DNA of 64,000 nt from Opitutales bacterium (GTDB lineage Bacteria > Verrucomicrobiota > Verrucomicrobiia > Opitutales > UBA953), in NCBI GenBank assembly GCA_044350605.1, contig JBILHF010000003.1:3401-67400 (forward strand), in the 5' to 3' direction. The position numbers were made by a program, and so were the translations under genes. Under the pieces are notes generated by a model, which was not told the origin of the DNA, did not search any database, and saw nothing but the letters and a program-made list of their open reading frames with translations. Numbering within the stretch: the first letter of the stretch is position 1; every line of letters begins with the position of its first letter. Shown here one piece after another: positions 26,214-34,943 of this stretch.

Positions 26214-27284
26214 ATGACCGAAGCCACTCCGAAGAAAGGCCACCGTATCGCCCTTGATTGCATGGGCGGTGACATGGGGCCTTCGGAAGCCGTGGCCGCC
26301 GCCGCCCTCGCCTTCAAGGACGGGATCATCGGCCCGGATGACACTTTGGTCCTCGTCGGCCACGAGGACAACCTGCGCATGCTCGCCTCGGATCACCGAG
26401 CGCTGAAGAACTCCCGCGTCTTATTCCGCCAGGCCGCCAGCATCGTGGCGTCCGACGACGCACCCATGGCCGTGCTCAAGTCGAAGCGTGATTCCTCGAT
26501 GGTGATCGCCCTCGAGATGCTCAAGGCCGGCGAAGTCGACGCCGTCGTCTCCACGGGCAACACCAAGGCCCTCGTGGCCGCCGGCACCATCAAAGTGCGC
26601 CCCATGGAAGGCGCCGAACGACCCGCCCTCGCGGCCATCATGCCGCGACGCGAAGGCCACTTCATCATGCTCGACGTCGGGGCGAACCCCGAAGCCACGC
26701 CTGCGCAGCTGCTGCACAACGCCGTCCTTGGCTCGATCTACGCCCAGAGCGCCCTCGGCATCGCCCGCCCGCGCGTCGGCCTGCTCACCGTCGGCACCGA
26801 AGAAGGCAAAGGCGGACCGCGCATCAACCGCACCCACGCCCTGCTGAAGGCCATGGGGGACAAGATCAATTACGTCGGTCCGGTCGAAGGTTTCGACGTC
26901 TTCGGCGACGCCTGTGACGTGGTCGTCACCGACGGCTTCACGGGCAACATCATCCTCAAGACGCTCGAGGGCCTGGTCTACATGGTCCGCGACATGGTCG
27001 GCAGCAAGGTGAAGAGCAATCCGGTCTACCTGGCCGGCGGCATCGCCATGTTCCCGCTCCTGCGCGACCTGAAAGGCAAATTGAAGCCGGAACGTTACGG
27101 CGGAGCCCCTTTGCTCGGACTGACCGGCCTCGTCATGAAGGCCCACGGGTCCAGCAACCGGCAGGGTATCGCCAGCGCCATCCGCCTGGGGCTCGAAGCC
27201 CTCGGCCACGGCGCCGGCCACCGCATGCTGACCTCGCTGGCGGAGGCGAACGCCGTGGTCGCCGCCACCCCCGAGGAAGCCTGA
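26214..27284 (+). CDS. plsX: Phosphate acyltransferase
   Basis: The product contains IALDCMGGD.GP...VSTGNTKALVA...VTDGFTGNIILKT.EG. Confidence 0.93.
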   Translation: MTEATPKKGHRIALDCMGGDMGPSEAVAAAALAFKDGIIGPDDTLVLVGHEDNLRMLASDHRALKNSRVLFRQAASIVASDDAPMAVLKSKRDSSMVIALEMLKAGEVDAVVSTGNTKALVAAGTIKVRPMEGAERPALAAIMPRREGHFIMLDVGANPEATPAQLLHNAVLGSIYAQSALGIARPRVGLLTVGTEEGKGGPRINRTHALLKAMGDKINYVGPVEGFDVFGDACDVVVTDGFTGNIILKTLEGLVYMVRDMVGSKVKSNPVYLAGGIAMFPLLRDLKGKLKPERYGGAPLLGLTGLVMKAHGSSNRQGIASAIRLGLEALGHGAGHRMLTSLAEANAVVAATPEEA

Positions 27285-27332
27285 GGTTTTAGTGTTCCCT
27301 TCCCCGCCCAAGGGGTCTTTTCTCACGCATCG

Positions 27333-28346
27333 ATGAGCAGCGCTGAGCTATCAGTCTTCATTCGGGCCATCGGGGTCCGCACGCCGGAACGCAAGCTCAC
27401 GAACGCCGAGCTATCCAAGATGGTGGATACGTCGGACGAATGGATCCAGACCCGCTCCGGCATCAGCGAGCGCCGGATCGCCGGCCCGGGCGAGAATCCT
27501 TCTGACCTCGGCGCCCAGGCCGCCGCCCAAGCCCTGCAGCGCGCCGGACTGACGCCGGCCGACGTCGACCTGCTCATCGTCGCCACCATGACGCCGGACG
27601 TCCCCTTCCCTTCCACGGCCTGCCTCCTGCAGGCCAAGCTCGGCCTGCGCCGCGACATCCCCTGCTTCGACGTCTCCGCGGCCTGCTCCGGCTTCGTCTA
27701 CGCGCTCCAGGTCGCCAAGGACATGATGCGCTCCGGCGCCTATCGTCGCGCCCTCGTCGTCGGTGCCGAGAAACTCTCCAGCGTCGTGGATTGGTCCGAC
27801 CGCACCACCTGCGTCCTCTTCGGCGACGGCGCCGGCGCCGTCCTCCTCGAGACCACCACCGAGAAGAACGTCGGCCTGCTCGGCAACCTGCTCGGCGCCG
27901 ACGGCAACAATGCCGAACTCCTGCATTGCGCGGCCGGCGGCTCGGCCGTTCCCGCCACCGCCGACTCCCTCCGCGAGGGACGTCACTTCCTGCGCATGAA
28001 CGGCAAGGAAGTCTTCCGCCACGCCGTCCGCGTGATGGCCGAATCCTGCGAGCGCGTGCTCGCGCAGTGCGGCGTGACTTCGGCGGAGGTCGCCTGGTTC
28101 ATCCCGCATCAGGCCAACATCCGTATCCTCGAGGCCGTCGCCAGCCAGCTCAACGTCGGCATGGAGCGCTTTCCCTCCAACCTGAGCCGCTACGGCAACA
28201 CCTCGGCGGCCTCCATCCCTCTCGCGCTTGAAGAAGCCTGGCAAGACGGCAAGATCAAGCACGGCGACCTCATCCTGATCGTCGCCTTCGGCGCCGGCCT
28301 GACCTGGGGCGCGACCCTCCTTCGCTGGCATGAACCTTCCCTCTAA
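27333..28346 (+). CDS. fabH: 3-oxoacyl-ACP synthase III
   Basis: The product contains TSDEWIQTRSGI.ERR...AACSGFVYAL...IPHQANIRI...GNTSAASIPLAL. Confidence 0.95.
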   Translation: MSSAELSVFIRAIGVRTPERKLTNAELSKMVDTSDEWIQTRSGISERRIAGPGENPSDLGAQAAAQALQRAGLTPADVDLLIVATMTPDVPFPSTACLLQAKLGLRRDIPCFDVSAACSGFVYALQVAKDMMRSGAYRRALVVGAEKLSSVVDWSDRTTCVLFGDGAGAVLLETTTEKNVGLLGNLLGADGNNAELLHCAAGGSAVPATADSLREGRHFLRMNGKEVFRHAVRVMAESCERVLAQCGVTSAEVAWFIPHQANIRILEAVASQLNVGMERFPSNLSRYGNTSAASIPLALEEAWQDGKIKHGDLILIVAFGAGLTWGATLLRWHEPSL

Positions 28347-29451
28347 AATCCTCCTAGCCGCAGCGCTCCTGCTCGGCGCCCACGTCCGCGCGGAATTCGT
28401 CCGGAAGGACGGAGCCTGGCAGGTCAAGCCCGGCACCATCGCCGACGTGAGCCCGCCGTCCCGCCTGCCTGTCCTGCTGCTCGCCATGGACCACGCCTCC
28501 GGACGCCTCGAAGCCGACGACATCGGCGGAGCCCTCAAGGAATGGGAGATCATCGGCGAGGCCAACGTCGGCGCCGAAGCCGAAGCCATCGCCCTGCTCA
28601 CCCGCGCGCGTATCTTCGTCTCCCGCGGGGAATTCGAGAAAGCCACGATCATCATCGACGACCTCTTCGCCCGCCATTCCGGCTTCCCCGGCTTCGCCGG
28701 CGCGGTGGACCTGCAGTTCGACATCGCCAACCGTCTGGCCGAAGGCCAGCGCCGCCGCCTCGGCGGCTGGTTCCCCTGGTTCAGGGACCGTCAAGGCGCG
28801 ATCGCGATGTGGGAGAAGACCATCCGCCTCGCGCCGAACGGCCCGTATGCGGACGACTGCCTCATCCGCATGGCGCGCATCGCCAAGGACGAAGACCTGA
28901 AGGAGAAGACCAACGAGGCGCTGGAACGTCTCGTCAGCGACCACCCCACCTCGAAGTTCGCGCCGGAAGCCCTCGAGATGCTGGCGACGCTCCGTGCCCA
29001 GGAATCGCTCGGACCCGCATGGGATCAGGCGACGACGCTCGAAGCCGCCGACCATTGGCGGACGCTCGCCGACCAGTTCCCGAACGACGCGCGGGCCAAG
29101 GTCGCCATCGAGCAGATCGCCGTCCTGCGCGACCGCGCCGCCCGCGCCCGCCTGAGCCTCGCCCGTTTCTATTTCTTCAACCGCAACAACCCGGAGGCCG
29201 CGAAGCTCATGGCTAACGCCTGCCGGAACATCGCGCCGGAATCCGCCGCCGCCAAGGAAGCCGAAGCCCTGCTCGCCGCGATGATCAAGGACCCCGTTCC
29301 GCCGAAGACCCTCGCCGACCGTCTCCTCGGCGTCGTGCCGCGCCCCCGCACGGCGGCCGAAACCAAACCCCAGGCCGTCGGCGAAGACCTCGACACGCTC
29401 GGATTCAAGAAGGAACCCTCCAAGGGCGCCGTCGGCCCGGAAAGCCGATGA
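28330..29451 (+). CDS. Secreted TPR-like protein, BamD/YfiO-like outer-membrane assembly factor candidate
   Basis: The signal peptide MNLPSKILLAAALLLGAHVRA has no lipobox Cys. Helical repeats with APNGPYADDCLIRMARI...VSDHPTSKFAPEAL resemble BamD/YbgF-type TPRs. The gene overlaps fabH by 17 nt and the next gene by 4 nt. Confidence 0.45.
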   Translation: MNLPSKILLAAALLLGAHVRAEFVRKDGAWQVKPGTIADVSPPSRLPVLLLAMDHASGRLEADDIGGALKEWEIIGEANVGAEAEAIALLTRARIFVSRGEFEKATIIIDDLFARHSGFPGFAGAVDLQFDIANRLAEGQRRRLGGWFPWFRDRQGAIAMWEKTIRLAPNGPYADDCLIRMARIAKDEDLKEKTNEALERLVSDHPTSKFAPEALEMLATLRAQESLGPAWDQATTLEAADHWRTLADQFPNDARAKVAIEQIAVLRDRAARARLSLARFYFFNRNNPEAAKLMANACRNIAPESAAAKEAEALLAAMIKDPVPPKTLADRLLGVVPRPRTAAETKPQAVGEDLDTLGFKKEPSKGAVGPESR

Positions 29452-29933
29452 AGCACTGGCTGCTGCTCGGGACGGCCCTGCTGCTCGGCGGTTGCTCCGC
29501 CTATCAGGCGGGCGGTCCGAAGCCCGCCTTCCGCTCGGTCGAGATCGCGCCCGTCCGCAACGCGACCGCCCGCACCGGCACGCACGCCATCCTGCACTCG
29601 AAGCTCACCGACGCCTTCGCGGGCGACCCGCGCGTGCGCCTCGGCGGCGGTGATGCCGTGCTCACGACCGAAGTCACGGAATACCGTCGCGACGGCTTCA
29701 CGACCAAGCCCGGCGACGCCTTCGCCTTCAACAGTTTCCGCGTGTCCTTCGAGGTCCGCGCCACGCTGACCGCCCAGGGCGGCGCGCGGACGCTCTTCAA
29801 GGACCGCGTCTTCCGCGCCACCACCACGCTGCAGAACGCCGGCGATCCCGTGGCGGAAGAACTCAGCGTCGCCCCGATGCTCTTCGCCGACATCGCCGCG
29901 CAGATCCGGCAGGCGGCCACCACGGCCTGGTGA
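29448..29933 (+). CDS. LptE-like LPS-assembly lipoprotein
   Basis: The lipobox reads LLLGGCSAYQAGG. The following FRSVEIAPVRNAT...LHSKLTDAF pattern is typical of LptE/RlpB. Confidence 0.5.
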   Translation: MKHWLLLGTALLLGGCSAYQAGGPKPAFRSVEIAPVRNATARTGTHAILHSKLTDAFAGDPRVRLGGGDAVLTTEVTEYRRDGFTTKPGDAFAFNSFRVSFEVRATLTAQGGARTLFKDRVFRATTTLQNAGDPVAEELSVAPMLFADIAAQIRQAATTAW

Positions 29934-29934
29934 C

Positions 29935-30585
29935 ATGAACCCGGCCGTCGTCGCACCCTCCCTCCTCGCCGCCGACCACGGTGCGTTCGCGCAAGGCGTC
30001 CGCGCGGTCGAAGCGGCCGGCCTAGACTGGCTGCACATCGACATCATGGACGGGCATTTCGTGCCCAACATCAGCTTCGGCCCGCAGGTCGTCGCCGACC
30101 TCCGTCCGCTGACCAAGCTGCACTTCGACGTGCACCTGATGCTCAGCCATCCGGACCGTTACGTCGCCGCGTTCGCCCAGGCCGGCGCCGAGCGCCTCAC
30201 CGTGCACGTCGAAGCCGACCACGACGTCGCGAAGACGCTCGCCGCCATCAAGGCCGCCGGCCTCACCGCCGGCATCGCGATGAATCCGGACGCCGATCCG
30301 CGTCGCGTGCTGCCGTTCCTCGGCGACGTCGACCTCGTGCTCTGCATGACCGTCTTCCCTGGCTTCGGCGGACAGTCCTTCATGCCTTCGGTGCTCGAGA
30401 GCATCCGCTTCGTCGCCGCCGAACGCGCGAAGCGCGGCGCGAACTTCCGCCTCGAAGTCGACGGCGGCATCAACGTCGAGACCGGCCGGCTCTGCCGCGA
30501 GGCCGGCGCCGATACGTTCGTGGCCGGCACGGCCTTCTTCAAGGCGCCGGATCGCAAGGCCTTCGCGGCCGCGCTGACGGCCTAA
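29935..30585 (+). CDS. rpe: Ribulose-phosphate 3-epimerase
   Basis: The product contains PSLLAAD...LHIDIMDGHFVPN..FGP...DVHLM...MTV.PGFGGQ.F...EVDGG. Confidence 0.94.
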   Translation: MNPAVVAPSLLAADHGAFAQGVRAVEAAGLDWLHIDIMDGHFVPNISFGPQVVADLRPLTKLHFDVHLMLSHPDRYVAAFAQAGAERLTVHVEADHDVAKTLAAIKAAGLTAGIAMNPDADPRRVLPFLGDVDLVLCMTVFPGFGGQSFMPSVLESIRFVAAERAKRGANFRLEVDGGINVETGRLCREAGADTFVAGTAFFKAPDRKAFAAALTA

Positions 30586-31718
30586 GCGGCCGCCGGAGGC
30601 GGCGTCGCCCCGCCGGCTTCGGCCTTCTCGGTCTGCAAGCGGAGCTGGCCGCAGGCGGCGTCGATGTCGTGACCCTTCTCGCGACGCAGCGTGGCCGTGA
30701 CGCCCAGCGCGCGGAGTTCCTTCACGAAGCGATCCTGACGCGTGAGGGACGGACGGACCCACGGAAGGCCTTCGACCTTGTTATACGGGATCAGGTTGAC
30801 GTGCGCGTGGAGTTCGCGGGCGATGACGGCGAGCTTCCTGGCCTGCTCGAGCGAGTCGTTGATGTCCTCGATGAGGATGAACTCGAGCGTCAGCATGCGC
30901 CCGTGTTTGCGGGCGAAGGCCTTGGCCGCAGGAATGAGTTCCTCGAGCGGGAACTTCTTGTTCACCGGCATGATCTGGTTGCGGACCTCGTTGGTCGCGC
31001 CGTGGAGGCTGATGGCGAGACGGAAGCCCAGCGGCTCCTCGGCCAGCTTGAGGATCTTGGGCACCACGCCGGAGGTGGAGATCGTCACGCGGCGGGCGCC
31101 GAAGCCGAAACCCCACTGGGCATTGACGATACGCAGGGCGGCGAGGAGGTTCTCGTAGTTGGCCAAGGGCTCGCCCATGCCCATGACCACGATGTTGTCG
31201 AAGGAGGCCAGCCCTTCGGCGGCGCGGGCCGGATCGGCCTTGTCTTCGATGCGGCAGACCTGGACGAGCTGGGAGACGATCTCCCCTACCGAAAGGTCGC
31301 GCTTCCATCCTTCCAAACCCGAGGCGCAGAACTTGCAGCCATAGGCGCAGCCCACCTGGGTGGAGATACAGATGGTCCGGCGGGACTTCTCCTGGCCTAC
31401 CCCCTCCATCGGGGCGCGGATGATGACCGTCTCGATCAGGGAGCCGTCGCGGAGGCGTTGCAGGATCTTCTGGGTCACGTCGGAGGAGGCCTTGCGCTGG
31501 ACCAGGGCCGTGGCCTCGAAATCATACTGCTCGACGAGCCAACCCCGGAGACCAGCCGGCAGGTTGGTCATCGCCTCGGGGGTTTCGGCCCGGCGGGGGT
31601 ATAACCACTCGAAGACCTGGCCGGCCCGATAACGTGGGTGGCCGGCCGCGACCAGGCGCTCACCGAGGGTGTCCGGCGTTTCGCCGTGGATTGAGGGTTT
31701 TTCGGGCTTAAAGGCCAT
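30582..31718 (-). CDS. rlmN: 23S rRNA/tRNA (adenine-C2)-methyltransferase, radical SAM
   Basis: The product contains RAGQVFEWLY...CISTQVGCAYGCKFCASG...MGMGEPLAN...ISLH. The stop overlaps the rpe stop by 4 nt. Confidence 0.93.
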   Translation of the reverse strand: MAFKPEKPSIHGETPDTLGERLVAAGHPRYRAGQVFEWLYPRRAETPEAMTNLPAGLRGWLVEQYDFEATALVQRKASSDVTQKILQRLRDGSLIETVIIRAPMEGVGQEKSRRTICISTQVGCAYGCKFCASGLEGWKRDLSVGEIVSQLVQVCRIEDKADPARAAEGLASFDNIVVMGMGEPLANYENLLAALRIVNAQWGFGFGARRVTISTSGVVPKILKLAEEPLGFRLAISLHGATNEVRNQIMPVNKKFPLEELIPAAKAFARKHGRMLTLEFILIEDINDSLEQARKLAVIARELHAHVNLIPYNKVEGLPWVRPSLTRQDRFVKELRALGVTATLRREKGHDIDAACGQLRLQTEKAEAGGATPPPAAA

Positions 31719-31817
31719 GGGAGGGGCAGGAGCAGCGGACTCGGAGGCTCAGGACCCCGAAACCCCCGCCTTCCTGCTTGCAAGTGAGAATTGTTATCCC
31801 CAAAACCCACTTTTGCA

Positions 31818-33785
31818 ATGAGCAACAAGGCCCTGACCCCACAAGGTGGTAAAATGAACTCCCTCCAGGCCGCCATCGACCTGGTAGCCACGGGTCAGCC
31901 TGCCTTCTGCCTCCACCAAGCCTGGGGCATCGGCGTCATCCGTTCCTACGACGAGGCGACCAAGCGCCTGGTCATCGATTTCCCTGAGCAGAACAAGAAG
32001 GCCCACGCCATGGACGCCGCCTTCTTCCTCGGTAAGATCGAGTTCATCAACCCGAACGGCGTGGTCGCCAAGGCCTATGCCGACGCCACCAAGGCCGAAA
32101 TCGCCAACCTCGTCGCCAACGACCCGGCCGGCGTGGTCAAGGCCCTCCTGTCCGAATACCCGACCGGGGAATGCACCTCCTACGCCCTCGAAGCCAACCT
32201 CGACCGCGTCCACTTCGCTTCCCTCCCCGCCGGCAAGGATCGCGCCGCCGCCTTCAAGGCCTGGTGGACCAAGGGTCGCGCCGCCGTCCGCAAGGACCGC
32301 GCCATCCTCGTCCCTGAGCGCAAGGGCGGCCTCTACGCCCTCCTCGAAGCCCCGAAGGATCTCGGCGAAGACCTGTTCGCCCAGTATGAAGGCGCTCCGA
32401 ACTTCGAACGTAAGCTGATGCTGCTCGAAGAACTCGCCGGCGCCTCCGCCGCCGAGACGCGCTCCGCCGCCACCGCCGCCAATCTCGACAAGGTCTCCGC
32501 CGACCTCCTCAAGGAGATCAAGAAGCTCGAGACCGCCCGCAAGCGCGACAACCTGCCGGCCATCCTCGGCGGCATCTGGAACCGCGATAAGTTCTTCCGC
32601 TCCGCCGTCGAGAACGTGGAGACCGTCAGCCCGACGGCCTCCGAGATCATCGCCCTCTGCACCGAAAGCGACCTCGCGTTCGTCGCCCTCAACATCCCGC
32701 ACACCACCGAGAAGATCCGCAGCCTGCTGGACCTCGTGCGCGCCCACCACGGCGACCGCTGGTCCGACCGCGCCTTCGACCTCCTGCGTAACCGCGACAT
32801 CGGCGGCACCAAGAGCGGCTCCGCCAAGCTCGTCTCCGAATCCATCGCCTACCTCTGCGACCAGGATCTCGCCGAGGCCGTCGCCACGCGCTTCGCCCAG
32901 TGGCTCGAGACCCGCGAACTCCGCGCCCCGGTGATCATCTGGATCATCAAGAACCGCGACTCCAAGAAATACGCCGCCATCGTCGGCCGCCTGATCGCCC
33001 CTTCGCTCCTCGGAGCCATCCTGTCGTCGATCGACACCGAGTCGCTCGAATCCAATTCGACCGCCCGCATCCCGCTCGCCAACGAACTCATCAAGGACAA
33101 GGAACTGATCGCGAACATCCTCACGCCGGCCGAAGGCAAGAAGGCCGACAGCGAGACGATCTTCGACCTCACCCGCACCATGATGAGCAGCCAGGGCTTC
33201 GATGAGATGACGAAGAAGGCCCTGCTCTCCCGCCTCGCCAAGATCGAGCCGCACGTGCAGCGCCTCGCCAAGTCCAAGCACTCCGGCTCCGAAGCCGAAG
33301 AGAAGGAACTCCTCGTCTCCAAGGCCTCCAAGGAAGAGAAGGAACGCGAGCTCGAGGACATCGTCAAGGTGCGCCTCCCCGCGGTCAAGGAAGCCATCCA
33401 GATCGCCAAGGAGCACGGCGACTTGAAGGAAAATTCCGAATACAAGATGGCCCGACAGGACCATGACACCCTCGCCGCCCGTCGCGCCGAGCTCGACGCG
33501 CTGCTCAAGAAGGCCCGTGTGACCGACTTCTCCGAAGCCCGGACCGACGCCATCAGCGTCGGCTCGAGCATCGTCCTCCGCCGCGGTTCCGACCAGGCGG
33601 AGTTGGCCTACGACCTGCTCGGCGCCTGGGACGGCGAGCCGGAGAAGAATATCCTGTCCTACATCTCGCCCCTCGCGAAGCAGTTCCTCAACCACAAGGC
33701 CGGCGAGACGTTCACGACCAACATCAACGGTAAGGCCGAAAACTGGACCGTGGTGAAGATCGGCCGCTGGGTCGACAAGCGCTGA
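31818..33785 (+). CDS. greA: Long-form GreA-family transcript cleavage factor (~500-aa N-terminal extension plus a GreA coiled-coil and FKBP-like C-terminus)
   Basis: The C-terminal 150 aa read AKEHGDLKENSEYKMARQDHDTLAARRAELDALLKKARV...VGSSIVL....YDLLGAWDG......ISY.SPLAKQFLNHKAGE, the GreA/B signatures. An alternative start is ATG 31854, preceded by AAGGTGG. Confidence 0.8.
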   Translation: MSNKALTPQGGKMNSLQAAIDLVATGQPAFCLHQAWGIGVIRSYDEATKRLVIDFPEQNKKAHAMDAAFFLGKIEFINPNGVVAKAYADATKAEIANLVANDPAGVVKALLSEYPTGECTSYALEANLDRVHFASLPAGKDRAAAFKAWWTKGRAAVRKDRAILVPERKGGLYALLEAPKDLGEDLFAQYEGAPNFERKLMLLEELAGASAAETRSAATAANLDKVSADLLKEIKKLETARKRDNLPAILGGIWNRDKFFRSAVENVETVSPTASEIIALCTESDLAFVALNIPHTTEKIRSLLDLVRAHHGDRWSDRAFDLLRNRDIGGTKSGSAKLVSESIAYLCDQDLAEAVATRFAQWLETRELRAPVIIWIIKNRDSKKYAAIVGRLIAPSLLGAILSSIDTESLESNSTARIPLANELIKDKELIANILTPAEGKKADSETIFDLTRTMMSSQGFDEMTKKALLSRLAKIEPHVQRLAKSKHSGSEAEEKELLVSKASKEEKERELEDIVKVRLPAVKEAIQIAKEHGDLKENSEYKMARQDHDTLAARRAELDALLKKARVTDFSEARTDAISVGSSIVLRRGSDQAELAYDLLGAWDGEPEKNILSYISPLAKQFLNHKAGETFTTNINGKAENWTVVKIGRWVDKR

Positions 33786-33870
33786 ACGGCCCTCCAGGCC
33801 CTCTCGACGAAGCCCCGGTGACGGGGCTTCCTCTTTTGACAAGCCCGCGACCCCCGCCCATCTTCGCCTC

Positions 33871-34809
33871 ATGCCCGACCCTTGGGAATCCCTGCGCCTG
33901 CTGGCCGACCCCACGCGCTCCCGCATGCTCCACCTGCTGCACCGCGGCGAACTCGCCGTCGGCGAGCTCCAGGAGATCCTCGGGCTGCCGCAGTCGCGTA
34001 TCTCCACCCACCTCGCCCTGCTACGTAAGGGCGGCCTCGTGGTCGACCGACGCGACGGGAAGAAATCTTTCTACGCCGTGGCCCGGGACCTCCCGGCCAG
34101 CGTCGGCGGCATCGTCGAAGCGGCCTTGGCCGCCAGCGCCCGCGAACCCAAGGCGGCCGCCGACCAGCGCGCCTGGCAGCGCATCGTGGAGAAGCGCCGG
34201 CAGAAGGCCGAACAGCACTTCAACCACGTGGCCGACCGCCTGGGTCGGAACTACTGCCCAGGACGCTCCTGGGAAGCCATCGGACAGATGCTCTTCCTGC
34301 TCACGCCCAAGGTCCGGATCGCCGACCTCGGGGCCGGTGACGGCACCCTCTCCCGCCTGCTCGCCCGCCAGGCCGAAAGCGTCCACTGCGTGGACAGTTC
34401 GCCGCGCATGGTCCAAGTCGGCCGGGCCTTGGCCAAGAAGGAACAGCTGCGCAACCTCACCTACGTCCTCGGTAATATCGAGAAAGTCCCTCTGCCCGAC
34501 CGGAGCATCGACCTCGCCTTGCTGAGCCAGGCTCTGCACCACGCCGAGAACCCCCGCCTGGCCCTCGCCGAGGCCTTCCGCATCCTCAAGCCGGGTGGTC
34601 GCCTGATCGTCCTCGACCTGCGCGCCCATCGCTTTGAAAAGGCCCGGGAGCTGTACGCCGACCGCTGGCTCGGTTTCAAGGAGAACGAACTCCACGACTG
34701 GATCGAGGAAGCGGGTTTCGCCCAGTCAGAAGTACGCGTGGTGGCCAAGGAAACGAAGGAGCCAGGGTTCGAGACCATCCTGGCGACCGGCCTCCGTCCA
34801 GGGGCCTGA
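33871..34809 (+). CDS. ArsR-family HTH regulator fused to a class I SAM-dependent methyltransferase
   Basis: The N-terminus LRLLADPTRSRMLHLLHRGELAVGELQEILGLPQSRISTHLALLRKGGLV is ArsR/SmtB type. The C-terminus IADLGAGDGTLSRLL...LKPGGRLIVLD is methyltransferase motifs I and post-I. Confidence 0.85.
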   Translation: MPDPWESLRLLADPTRSRMLHLLHRGELAVGELQEILGLPQSRISTHLALLRKGGLVVDRRDGKKSFYAVARDLPASVGGIVEAALAASAREPKAAADQRAWQRIVEKRRQKAEQHFNHVADRLGRNYCPGRSWEAIGQMLFLLTPKVRIADLGAGDGTLSRLLARQAESVHCVDSSPRMVQVGRALAKKEQLRNLTYVLGNIEKVPLPDRSIDLALLSQALHHAENPRLALAEAFRILKPGGRLIVLDLRAHRFEKARELYADRWLGFKENELHDWIEEAGFAQSEVRVVAKETKEPGFETILATGLRPGA

Positions 34810-34943
34810 GTTATTCACAGGCCGACCCCCCCGGTGAGGCCTTGATATTTGCCCTTCAGAGGGGGCTTATTGCTTGGCATCTCTCAGAGGCTTGGGCTAT
34901 ACCTTGGAACCCCCGACGCGGAGCGAAACGCTCCCCTCACCCG

